In this document: positions 55,509 to 64,000 of the stretch, piece after piece
Numbering within the stretch: position 1 is the first letter of the stretch
How the letters are laid out: the number at the start of each line of letters is the position of its first letter
Assembly (NCBI GenBank): GCA_963796055.1
Contig: CAWCKH010000004.1
Coordinates: forward strand, 160,001 to 224,000
Length of the DNA stretch: 64,000 nt
Origin: an uncultured delta proteobacterium
GTDB lineage: Bacteria; Myxococcota; Myxococcia; Myxococcales; Myxococcaceae
Reading direction: 5' to 3'
Made by a program: the position numbers and the translations under genes
Notes under the pieces: generated by a model
The model's database searches: none
Seen by the model: the letters and a program-made list of their open reading frames with translations, nothing else
Told to the model about the DNA's origin: nothing

Positions 55509-57221
55509 ATGGCACGGACGGGAATCGTGGGACTCGGGGTGGCGACCGCCGTGGCCCTACGCCTGGTGGCCGTGCTCCCCGAGGTCCCCAACCGCCACGC
55601 GCTGGCGAGCGATGCTGCCCGGCGAGCGATGCTCGAGGTCGAGGCCGCCGACGCCCTCCTCGGGGGTGAGGTGCTGGAGCTCCCGGCCCTCGTCGCCGGC
55701 CCGGAGACTGGGTCGAGCCTCCTCCTGCTTGTCGCCGCCCCGGCGCACGCGCTGGCCGGCCAGGCCCACGCTCTCGGTGTCGAGCTCGGCATCTCGGTCG
55801 CCTTCACCGCCCTGCTCTTCCTGGTGCTCGGACTGGCCGCGCGGTGTATCGCCCCCGCGGTTGGCGAGGCGATGGTGGTGCTGGCCGTCTCGACCCCAAT
55901 TCTGATGGGCAATCGCGACCTGTTCGCGCATGCAGTGAGCGGGACAGTGGAGGTGCCCTCGGCGGTCTTCACCCTGGCGATGGCCGCGGCATGGCTCGCC
56001 TCGCGGGCTTCCCGAACGTTCCGGCCCTGGGCAGTGGCCTTGCTCGGCAATGCCCTCTTTCACGTGAAGTTCGAGCATGGGCTGATGCTGGGCCTGGCGG
56101 TGCTGATGGTGGAGGCCGGCGCGGCCGGGGTGGTGCGGCCCCCGCGGGCCGTCCTCACCGCCCTCTTCCGGGGAGCGCGGAGCCCGGTGGGCCTGGCGCT
56201 GCTCGCCCTCGCCCTGACGGTGCTGCTGGGTGGATGGTGGTCGGTGAGCAGCGGAGGCCTGAGCGCCACCGTCTTCGGCCAGGAGGTGAGCCTCCGCGGT
56301 GCCTGGGGCCCGATCACCTTCGGGGCGCTGCTGCTCTTTCTCTTCGTCGAGCTCGCCTTCTGGCAGGAGCGGGTCTGGCTGGCGGCCGAGGTTCCTCGGC
56401 GGGCGAGGTTCCTCTGGAACTGGCTGCTCACGCCGATGATCGCCTGGATCCTCGTGCCCTTCACCTGGCGGCTCCAGACGCTCGCCGCCGGTGTGGCGTC
56501 CGGCAGCGATCGGGTCGGACGGGGCTCGCTTCGGGAGTGGCTGCTCTACTTTCCCCGCGCCGCGTGGGAGGGCTGGCTGCCCTCCGACGCGCGCTGGGTC
56601 GTGCTGGCCCTGCTCTGCGGCTCGATCCTGGCGGCCTGGCGCTCCGTCGCGACGCGGCGGGTGCTGTTTCCGCTCGGCGCGCTGGTCCTCTTCCAGCTCA
56701 CCTTCCTGACCGTCCTCCACCACGGGAATCTCCAGCCTCGGCTCATCGCCAATCTCGCGCCGCTGGTGGCCCTCGCCGCGGCGGCCTGGGTCCCGGCGGT
56801 TCCCCGTGTTCCCCGAGCCCTGCTCGGTGCCGGCGCGGCCGTGCTGCTTCTCTGGGCCGTCTTGCCGCTCTGGCGCGGCCCTGAGCTGGTGGCGACGCTC
56901 TCCCGCGGATTCGAGAGCACCGCGAACGGTGATGCCTGCCGTGAAGTGGCGCGGGCGCTCCCCGTCTCCCGGGGGGTGCTGGTGAACGAGACGGGGCCGG
57001 AGCGGCTCCAGACCTGCGCCCTGTGGGTGAAGCTCTTCGCCCGGGAGCGGGGGGACCAGGTGCTCATCCGGGAGCCGTGGACCCGGCCGGGCCGCCACGA
57101 GGTCCTGGTCCTGGAGGACGGCACGCTCCCCGCCGGACCACGAATCGGGCTGGTGCCCCTGGGGGTCGAGGTTCGCTCCGGACCGGTGCGCGGGCAGCGC
57201 TATCGAGCCGACGCGCCCTGA
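55509..57221 (+). CDS. Polytopic membrane protein, possibly GT-C fold (start uncertain, 55350-55509)
   Basis: More than 10 hydrophobic segments, an FHVK motif and a C-terminal soluble domain. Confidence 0.6.
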   Translation: MARTGIVGLGVATAVALRLVAVLPEVPNRHALASDAARRAMLEVEAADALLGGEVLELPALVAGPETGSSLLLLVAAPAHALAGQAHALGVELGISVAFTALLFLVLGLAARCIAPAVGEAMVVLAVSTPILMGNRDLFAHAVSGTVEVPSAVFTLAMAAAWLASRASRTFRPWAVALLGNALFHVKFEHGLMLGLAVLMVEAGAAGVVRPPRAVLTALFRGARSPVGLALLALALTVLLGGWWSVSSGGLSATVFGQEVSLRGAWGPITFGALLLFLFVELAFWQERVWLAAEVPRRARFLWNWLLTPMIAWILVPFTWRLQTLAAGVASGSDRVGRGSLREWLLYFPRAAWEGWLPSDARWVVLALLCGSILAAWRSVATRRVLFPLGALVLFQLTFLTVLHHGNLQPRLIANLAPLVALAAAAWVPAVPRVPRALLGAGAAVLLLWAVLPLWRGPELVATLSRGFESTANGDACREVARALPVSRGVLVNETGPERLQTCALWVKLFARERGDQVLIREPWTRPGRHEVLVLEDGTLPAGPRIGLVPLGVEVRSGPVRGQRYRADAP

Positions 57222-57817
57222 GCCTGAGCCTGCGACGTCTCCAATGGCGAGTCAGGCGTCCATGGGTCGCGCAATGTGAAGTCGACCTGGATCCCGACGC
57301 CGGGGTCGACGCGTACTCCCCACGCCGGGACTTCGATCCCGAAATCACGAATGTCGATTCGGGTCGTGCCATGGACACGGAACTCACCCTGCTGCCCCTG
57401 TTCCACCCGGTAGTGGATGGAGCAGAGCCTGGAGATGCCATGCAAGGTGAACGTCCCCCGGGTATCGGATTCCACGGTCTTCCCCGGCGAGGGAAAGGCG
57501 ACCCCTTTCCTCGTGACGCGCAGCTCCGCGTCTGGAAAGTTTGTGACGTCGAGATATCCGCGCATGTGCCGATTCCTCAGGCCGATGCCCGTGTCCAGCC
57601 CGGCGAGCGGTACTCGGAAAACCAGGTTTCCTTCCCGTTTCGTCACGAGCAGCTCGTGCGTCAATCCTTCGACGTGGAGACCGGCCGTGCCTTGCATCGA
57701 GAAGCGCACGGCTGCTCCGGAAGGAGCGTCGACTCCTGCCTTGACCAGCCCTCCGATCGTCAGGAGCAGGCTGAAGGCAAGGAAAGATAGACGGCGCTGG
57801 TGCAGAGACGGTTTCAT
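57200..57817 (-). CDS. YceI-family lipid/polyisoprenoid-binding protein
   Basis: Signal peptide; LDTGIGLRNRHMR, GTFTLHG, DIRDFGIEVP. Confidence 0.88.
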   Translation of the reverse strand: MKPSLHQRRLSFLAFSLLLTIGGLVKAGVDAPSGAAVRFSMQGTAGLHVEGLTHELLVTKREGNLVFRVPLAGLDTGIGLRNRHMRGYLDVTNFPDAELRVTRKGVAFPSPGKTVESDTRGTFTLHGISRLCSIHYRVEQGQQGEFRVHGTTRIDIRDFGIEVPAWGVRVDPGVGIQVDFTLRDPWTPDSPLETSQAQAQGASAR

Positions 57818-57863
57818 GGTCAGATCGGTGATCGGTGCCTGATTGCATCCGAGTCCTCGAAGT

Positions 57864-57972
57864 CTGGGACACGCCTGCCCATCTCGCGTTGCGTCCGGTC
57901 CGCATCGCTCCGCCGAGGCCCAACCTCGTCAGCCACTTCGGTACCTTCGCCCCCGACGCCAGGCTCCGCTCC
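57864..57972 (+). mobile_element. Short remnant of an IS91-like (Y2/HUH) transposase C-terminus
   Basis: RIAPPRPNLVSHFGTFAPDARLRS resembles the L(V/I)PxPRxNL(V/T)RYHGVFAPNxxLR motif; catalytic Tyr absent. Confidence 0.5.
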
Positions 57973-58012
57973 ATGCCGCGCTCGCTCCGGCTGCCCCGGC
58001 CGCGGCTGGCCG

Positions 58013-59548
58013 TCAGGGCCGTGTCTTCGCCGTTTCCCAGTACGGCCTGCGCAATTCACGCTTGAGCGTCTTGCCTGCCGGGCTGAGCGGGAACTCTTCG
58101 TGGATCACCACGCGGCTCACCCGCTGATAGCGCGCCTGCACCCGGGCGTTGATCCACTCGCGGAGCTCATCCGCGGTCGCCGCGTCGGGAGAGACGAGGA
58201 CGACAGCGGCCATGGGGGTCTCGCCCCATTTCTCGTCGGGGATCCCGAAGACCGCGACTTCGCGGACGGCCGGGTGCCGCACCGCGACCTCCTCCACGTC
58301 GCGTGGGTACACCTTCACCCCGCCGGAATCGATCATGTCCTTCTTGCGATCTACGAGGTAGAGATACCCCTCCTCGTCCACGTACCCCATGTCGCCGGTG
58401 TACAGCCATCCGTCGCGCAGCGCCTGGGCCGTCAGGTCGGGGCGCTTGTAATACTCCTTCATCAGCATTGGCCCGCGGCCGACGATCTCACCCACCTCGC
58501 GGGGCAAAGCGTCGGTGCCGTCCTCGCGCACGATGCGCATTTCGTTGAAATGGGTCGGCACACCGACCGACCTGCTCTTGCGCACTGCCTCCGTCCTGTC
58601 GAGGATGGTGATGAAGCCCTCCGTCAGGCCGTAGAGCTCGTGGAAGCGGCCTGGCAACAGCGCGGTGAGTCGCTCCTTGTGCTCCTGCAGCAGCGGGGCG
58701 CCCAGAGAGAGCAGACATTCCAGCGAGGCGAGCCGCTCGGGCGCAAAGGCCGCGGAGGCGAGCATGGCGATGATCTGCGTGGGCACGACCATCATGTGCG
58801 TGACGCGGTACTCTTCGATCGTCTCTATCGCGCGGGCCGCATCGAACTGGCGGTGGGTGATGAAATGCGCGCCGTTGAAGAAGGTCGGCATCATGGTGAC
58901 AAACGCGCCGTTGAAGATGAGCGCGCCCGTGTGCAGCGTGACGATCTCCGGCGTGAAGCGAAAGGCGGCGCTGAAGATCAGCGAGTACATCGAGCGCGTG
59001 AAGTGCGAATGCATGATGCCCTTCGGCAGCCCGGTGGTGCCGCTCGTGTACATGATGTTGTAGAGATCGTCCTCACCGACGTCTGCGAGCGGTGGCGGAG
59101 CGTCGGACGCCGTGGCGCAGAGGCGGTGATAATCGAGCGGCTCGGCGTCGTCGGTGACGAGGATCCGCTCGCGCACCGGTGGTGGCAGCTCCGCGGAGAT
59201 CTCGCGCACCGCTGGCATCATCGAGCGCTGCGTCACCAGGCATTTCGCCTCGGAATCTCGCAACAGGCTGGCGAGGCCAGACGGCATCAAGAGGGGCGAG
59301 AGCGGCACCAGGACCGCGCCGAGTCTGGGCACCGCGAAGTACACCTCGAGGAGCTCCATGGAATTGGCGAGGACCGTCGCGACCTTGTCGCCCTTGGCGA
59401 CGCCGAGGCTGGCGAGCATGTTGGCGACGCGGTTGATGCGTGCGCCGAACGTGCGCCAGTCCACCGTCGTCTCTTCGAATGTCACCGCGGGCGCCGAGGG
59501 GCGATACCGCGCGTGGCGCTGAACGAGCTGGTCGAGCCGCAGCAACAT
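58013..59548 (-). CDS. AMP-binding acyl-CoA synthetase/ligase
   Basis: YTSGTTGLPKG, YGLTE, TGD, DRKKDMIDSGG, AGKTLK. Confidence 0.92.
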   Translation of the reverse strand: MLLRLDQLVQRHARYRPSAPAVTFEETTVDWRTFGARINRVANMLASLGVAKGDKVATVLANSMELLEVYFAVPRLGAVLVPLSPLLMPSGLASLLRDSEAKCLVTQRSMMPAVREISAELPPPVRERILVTDDAEPLDYHRLCATASDAPPPLADVGEDDLYNIMYTSGTTGLPKGIMHSHFTRSMYSLIFSAAFRFTPEIVTLHTGALIFNGAFVTMMPTFFNGAHFITHRQFDAARAIETIEEYRVTHMMVVPTQIIAMLASAAFAPERLASLECLLSLGAPLLQEHKERLTALLPGRFHELYGLTEGFITILDRTEAVRKSRSVGVPTHFNEMRIVREDGTDALPREVGEIVGRGPMLMKEYYKRPDLTAQALRDGWLYTGDMGYVDEEGYLYLVDRKKDMIDSGGVKVYPRDVEEVAVRHPAVREVAVFGIPDEKWGETPMAAVVLVSPDAATADELREWINARVQARYQRVSRVVIHEEFPLSPAGKTLKRELRRPYWETAKTRP

Positions 59549-59635
59549 CAATTTGAGACTAGCTGTGCTGGCGCGTGAGTCGCAAACGCCAGCCCCTCTC
59601 CGGGGCGGGCTCCCGTCCAGCCCCCCCGAGTTCTC

Positions 59636-60025
59636 CTAGAGCGCCGCGACGCACTCGATCTCGATGTCGAAGCGAAAGGGCCATGCCGGAACGTTCACGA
59701 AGGTCCGGGCGGGTGGATCCTTCGGGAAGTAGCGGGAATAGACGGCGTTTACGGCCGCGAACTTGTCGACCGAGGTGCAGTAGACAGTGCACTTGAGAAC
59801 CTTCTCCAGTGACGATCCTGCCGTTTCGAGACAGAGCTTCATCTGTTCGAGGACGAGCTCGGTCTGGCGCTCGATCGGCCCCTCGACAATCTCGCCCGTC
59901 GCGGGATCGTACGGCGGAAAGCCCGACACGTAGATGGTGTTGTCGTGCCGCGTCACCGCGGATGCGGGCGCCTTCCATCGCTCGAGATAGGTGGACAGTG
60001 GCTCGACGCGAATGACCTGATTCAT
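59636..60025 (-). CDS. RidA/YjgF family protein
   Basis: IYVSG, QTELVLEQM, VNAVYSRYF..PPART, DIEIECVA; GGAGG RBS. Confidence 0.9.
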   Translation of the reverse strand: MNQVIRVEPLSTYLERWKAPASAVTRHDNTIYVSGFPPYDPATGEIVEGPIERQTELVLEQMKLCLETAGSSLEKVLKCTVYCTSVDKFAAVNAVYSRYFPKDPPARTFVNVPAWPFRFDIEIECVAAL

Positions 60026-60226
60026 CGGAGTGCCTCCTCTTGGATCAACTCGAACCCTAGGCTCCTCTGATGCCGGGTGTTTCGGCCGGGACCGAAGCGT
60101 TGCCCTCCCGGAGGTCGCATGGTCGCGACGGGCGAACGAATCAATCCGCTGTCGACCGCGATGAGGTCCTCGCGGGTTGAAGACCGGTCGCGTCAGACGG
60201 TGCGGAGCTGGTCTCGATCTGCGTGC

Positions 60227-60470
60227 TCAGCTCAGGGAGCCTGACCGGATCTCCTCCAGGTACTGGTGGAGGGACTGGATGCACCGGGAGCCTTCGCCGA
60301 CGGCGGCGGCCACGCGCTTGACCGAGCGGCGATGGACGTCGCCGGCCGCGAACACTCCGGGGATGCTGGTCTCGAGCGGAAGCGGCGGCCGCTGGAGCGG
60401 CCAGCCCTCGGGAGGCTTGCCGTCGTGAACCAGGTCGCTGCCGGTCTCGATGAACCCCCAGCGGTCATGC
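60227..60470 (-). pseudogene. C-terminal remnant of a thioredoxin reductase-like FAD oxidoreductase
   Basis: DRWGFIETG...LETSIPGVFAAGDVHRRSVKRVAAAVGEGSRCIQSLHQYL; N-terminal part replaced by ggt. Confidence 0.75.
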
Positions 60471-60515
60471 GGGCCTTCGTCAACCCGAAGACGGGCGGTC
60501 GTTGGGCCCGGCGAC

Positions 60516-62297
60516 CTACTTCTTCGTCCCGACAGCTCGACCGGGCGAGCCCCGCGCCGTTCCGGACACGAGCGCTCCTTGCGGATCTGCTGCGCCGTCC
60601 TTGCGAGGATCGGACGCGCCGAAGTTCACCCCGTAGCCATTGCTCATCACTGCCTGACCGCCGCCGACCCTCGGGGAGAAGCTCTCGTCGAGAATCTGGA
60701 GCTGGTGGCCCAGGCGCGCCAGCTCGGTGCGGGTGGCTTCGGGGATCCGGGGTTCGAGCATCACGTCCAGCCCGTCGAAGGTGTACTTGGTGAAGCGTGG
60801 CGACTCGAGGGCGGCCTGGATGTTCATCCCGAAGTCGACGACGTTGGACACGAACTGTGCGTGTGCCTGGGCCTGATTCCACCCGCCCATGATTCCGAAG
60901 CCGATCCGGACGTCTCCCTTCTGCATGAACGCCGGGATGATCGTGTGCAGTGGCCGCTTCCGTGGCGCCAGGACGTTGGGGTGACCTGGGTCGAGGCTGA
61001 AAAGCGCTCCCCGATTCTGGAGGGCGAAGCCGGTTCCCGGCGCGACCAGCTTCGCGCCGAAGCTGTCGTAGACGCTCTGGATGAGGGAGACGATGCTTCC
61101 CTCGCGGTCGATGGCGGCCAGGTAGATCGTGTCTCCGGCCCGCTTGGCCTTCAGATCCGCCGCCGCGCTTGGAGCGGCCGCGGACCTCGCCCGGGAGGGA
61201 TCGATCTCCTTCGCTCGGATCGCCGCATGTTCCTTCGACAGCATCCCCGCGACCGGAACATCGGAGAAGTGGGGATCGGCCACGTATTTCAGGAGATCGG
61301 CGTAGGCGAGCTTCTTGGCCTCGATCATGACATGCAGTGAGCGCGCGCTGTTGTGCCCGTACTCGGAGAGCGGGAACTGCTCCATGAGATTCAGCATCAT
61401 CAATGCGGCGATGCCTTGCCCGTTGGGCGGCAGCTCAAAGATCTTCCATCCGCGGTAAGTGGTGGTGATGGGCTGGACCCACTCCGCCTGGAACTCGGTC
61501 AGGTCCGCGGCCTCCATCGCTCCGCCGGCCTGCCTCGAGAGCCCGAGGATCGCCGTGGCAGTCGGACCCTGGTAGAACCCGTCGCGCCCCCGATCTGCGA
61601 TCCTCCGCAGTGACGTCGCCAGGTCCGGGTCGCGAAAGATCTCACCCACGCCTGGAGCCCGACCGCCGGGGAGAAAGGTCTGCCGGAAGATGGGGTCCGC
61701 GTTCTGGGGGCTCTGGGCGGATTGCCAGGCGGCTGCAATCCGCTCGGTGACCGGGAAACCGTCCCCGGCATAATGGATCGCGGACGCGAGCAGCGTCTGC
61801 CAAGGGAGCTTCCCGAACCGGCGGTGAAGCGCATCCCACCCGGCGACACATCCCGGGACGGTGACGGTGAGAATCCCCTCCTCGGGCATCGCCTCGAGCC
61901 CACGGCCACGCACGAAGTCGAGCGTCATTCCGGCCGGCGCCCAGCCGCTCGAATTCAGCCCGTAGAGCCTTCCGGTCTTGGCCTCGTACACGATGGCGAA
62001 GAGATCGCCGCCGATGCCGTCGCTCATCGGTTCCACGACGCCGAGCGTCGCATTCGCGGCGATGGCGGCGTCCACCGCGGTCCCTCCCAGCTCGAGGACC
62101 TGGGCGCCGGCTCGCGACGCGAGCGCCTGGCTCGTGGCGACGATGCCGAAGCGGGTGATCACCATCGAGCGACCCTGCGTCTCCGCGGCGCGGGTGGGCT
62201 CGCCTCGGGCGATGGTGGCAAACAGTACCAGGGCGCCGAAGATCCAGCTCGCTGTGCGAAGCAGCTGGGCCGCGTGGAGCACAGTGTTCAGATCCAT
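60516..62297 (-). CDS. ggt: Gamma-glutamyltransferase
   Basis: GGTAVDAAIA, GIGGDLF, VTVPG, PPNGQG, autocleavage GD-TIYL, LQNRG, KRPLHTI, GASDPRKDG. Confidence 0.93.
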   Translation of the reverse strand: MDLNTVLHAAQLLRTASWIFGALVLFATIARGEPTRAAETQGRSMVITRFGIVATSQALASRAGAQVLELGGTAVDAAIAANATLGVVEPMSDGIGGDLFAIVYEAKTGRLYGLNSSGWAPAGMTLDFVRGRGLEAMPEEGILTVTVPGCVAGWDALHRRFGKLPWQTLLASAIHYAGDGFPVTERIAAAWQSAQSPQNADPIFRQTFLPGGRAPGVGEIFRDPDLATSLRRIADRGRDGFYQGPTATAILGLSRQAGGAMEAADLTEFQAEWVQPITTTYRGWKIFELPPNGQGIAALMMLNLMEQFPLSEYGHNSARSLHVMIEAKKLAYADLLKYVADPHFSDVPVAGMLSKEHAAIRAKEIDPSRARSAAAPSAAADLKAKRAGDTIYLAAIDREGSIVSLIQSVYDSFGAKLVAPGTGFALQNRGALFSLDPGHPNVLAPRKRPLHTIIPAFMQKGDVRIGFGIMGGWNQAQAHAQFVSNVVDFGMNIQAALESPRFTKYTFDGLDVMLEPRIPEATRTELARLGHQLQILDESFSPRVGGGQAVMSNGYGVNFGASDPRKDGAADPQGALVSGTARGSPGRAVGTKK

Positions 62298-62314
62298 GCC
62301 TGGCTCACCTCGAC

Positions 62315-62758
62315 TCAGCCCCTCCCGACCAGCTTCCGCAGCACCGCGCCCGGCGGCAATCTCACGTGCATCGGCTGCTGCTTCCCCTCCGGGACGGGCA
62401 TCGCCTCCAGCCGCCCAGTCAGGCTCCTGGCGCGCGCGACCATCCGGTCGACGGCCGCCCCGTTCGCCGCTCTCTCCGTCGAGGAGATGTTCCCGTCGAC
62501 CTTGTACGCCAGCGCCTTGAGACTGAACGCGCGCAGCACGTCGGCCAGCAGATAGGGAGAGTCGAGGTCGCGCAGCATGAACACGCGGCGCACCGGGAAC
62601 AGCGCCAGCGCCTGAACCAGCGCATCCAGCTCGCGGTAGACCTCCGCCGTGCCGGGCGGGGTCGGAGCGGGGGCATCCCCCGCCAAGGTGCTTTCCTGCA
62701 TCAACCGGCCAAACTCGTCTCGGAACCACTCCATCGCGGCGACCATCGAGTCACGCAT
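62315..62758 (-). CDS. Hypothetical helical protein
   Basis: 147-aa ORF with native-like composition directly upstream of ggt; no recognised motif. Confidence 0.55.
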   Translation of the reverse strand: MRDSMVAAMEWFRDEFGRLMQESTLAGDAPAPTPPGTAEVYRELDALVQALALFPVRRVFMLRDLDSPYLLADVLRAFSLKALAYKVDGNISSTERAANGAAVDRMVARARSLTGRLEAMPVPEGKQQPMHVRLPPGAVLRKLVGRG

Positions 62759-62786
62759 GGCCCCACTTTAGCCTAGGAGCCCAGGG

Positions 62787-63371
62787 TCAGGTGCCTGCCA
62801 CGGCGGACGGGGACCTCGGCGATGCAGGTTGCATGGGCCGTGACAGCTCGCGGTGAGCGACCAGGAGTCGGTAGCCGCTGAACCAGCTCATCCCCACTGC
62901 ATAGAGGACGCCGAGCAGAAGCCCCAGCGCGGTTCCCTGCTTCCCGCCGAGCATCCCGACGATCATCCCCACCGCCCCCGCGGGGATGAGAAACACCAGC
63001 GGAGAGAACACCCCGTACCAGAGCAGCCCGGAGGTGAGCCCACTGGCCGGCATGACGAACCTGGCGCCCGATTCGGACCTCAGACCGATGATGACTTTCC
63101 GGGTGAGCATGTGCCCGTACACGGTGAGGCAGACTTGCTCCCCGATCCGCGCGCCCCGGGCGATCTCCTGGCCGAGGCCATCACTGGCGACGAAGGCCTT
63201 CTCCAGCGTCTGCTCGCCGATGCGGATCCGGGGGAACACCATCCGGTGCTTGGTCCAGAACGTCCGGCGCGCAACCTCGGTGCCACCTTGCATGTACCGG
63301 ACATCCCGGGTGGTGACCCCTCCCCCCACCGGGCTCTCGAACTCCTTCAGCTCCCCGCACATCGTCGGCAT
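62787..63371 (-). CDS. Hypothetical membrane protein with two C-terminal TM helices (start 63371 or 63458)
   Basis: Soluble beta-rich N-part followed by two hydrophobic helices. Confidence 0.65.
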   Translation of the reverse strand: MPTMCGELKEFESPVGGGVTTRDVRYMQGGTEVARRTFWTKHRMVFPRIRIGEQTLEKAFVASDGLGQEIARGARIGEQVCLTVYGHMLTRKVIIGLRSESGARFVMPASGLTSGLLWYGVFSPLVFLIPAGAVGMIVGMLGGKQGTALGLLLGVLYAVGMSWFSGYRLLVAHRELSRPMQPASPRSPSAVAGT

Positions 63372-63536
63372 GGCGAACCCCTTCACCTCAGGATGGGTAC
63401 AGGCCCGGACGAGCAGCCCCGCCGCCACCATGCGCAAGACGCGCTCGAGATCCGTCACCGTCGCTTCCGGCCGCGGTCGGCCGGTGGCCCTTCCTGCCTC
63501 GGCGAGCCCGCGCCATCCCCTCGGCGCGGTCTGTGG

Positions 63537-63719
63537 TCAGCGCGTCGGCGGTGAAGTACCGGCTTCGGTCCTCAGTGCACGTGGGCCAGGAGGATCCGAT
63601 CGAACCGGGCCCCGGCGAGCTACCCGGGCATGGCGAAGCGTGACCGGGGGCGGCTTGTCTCCTCCACCGCAGGCCACTGCCAGGACCAGTGCAACGGACA
63701 GCACGCAACGCAACCGCAT
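63537..63719 (-). pseudogene. Lipoprotein N-terminus, apparently truncated
   Basis: GGAGG RBS, MRLRCVLSVALVLAVAC lipobox, GGGDKPPPVT, then low-complexity text and an early stop. Confidence 0.4.
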
Positions 63720-63875
63720 GGCGCCTCCCCCGGGCCAGCCAGAGAGCCCTTTGCAGGAGAGACGGAGAGCCAGCACCCACCTGCTCACCGCCGCCCTCCG
63801 CCATCACCCGGGCCCTGGGCGGAGGTGGAGGCAGAATGCAGCGGAGTGTTCGTCGTCCCCCCGGAGGAGCCCGCT

Positions 63876-64000
63876 TTGACTCTCTACGTCGCAGGATTCG
63901 AGGAGATCGCCTGGGGAGTTGCCCTCGTCGCGATCACCATGGTGCTCCACGGCCTGGGGATGGTCTGGACATTGAGGGCGGTTCACGGCCTGAAGGTGCG
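63876..64000 (+). CDS. 5' end of a membrane protein, possibly potassium-channel family (partial)
   Basis: GGAGGAG RBS, TTG start, IAWGVALVAITMVLHGLGM hydrophobic helix; open to the window end. Confidence 0.5.
   Translation, partial: MTLYVAGFEEIAWGVALVAITMVLHGLGMVWTLRAVHGLKV

Noticed and set aside
54069..57221. 1050-aa ORF as a single protein
   Set aside because: The N-terminal half is an alternate frame over the AraC gene; only the 3' part looks coding.

Overview
Very GC-rich DNA from a myxobacterium (Myxococcota), judged from the Glt-like cluster, a CglB homolog, Cys-rich lipoproteins and a TPR Ser/Thr kinase. Positions 1-9.4 kb hold a translationally coupled Glt/Nfs-like envelope machine (TPR protein end, gltD/E/F/G-like genes) followed by a secreted Cys-containing protein and a Wzp-type beta-barrel plus short Wza/OPX polysaccharide-export pair. 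Positions 11.4-17.6 kb hold a minus-strand peptidoglycan-recycling operon (ldcA, SxxK hydrolase, mpl, tlpA, suhB) that contains two paralogous small 3-Cys lipoproteins and a vapBC module with its operator. The rest is an accessory patchwork: a CglB-like VWA lipoprotein coupled to a Cys-rich protein, KaiC-like ATPase plus hybrid kinase, an alpha/beta-hydrolase-LuxR regulator divergent from a ferritin-like diiron protein, a sulfur/molybdenum cluster (MOSC reductase, arylsulfatase, DUF6510/reductase/sulfite-oxidase-like trio, cysteine desulfurase, internally deleted cysteine synthase), katG, an RtcB2-type ligase with no prfH, AraC regulators, acyl-CoA ligase, RidA and ggt. Many intergenic spaces contain C-terminal scraps of other genes. 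Four single-base indels (two in gltD-like, one in wza, one in the kinase) look like sequencing errors. No rRNA, tRNA, CRISPR array or intact mobile element was seen. All product calls come from motif recognition, not database searches.
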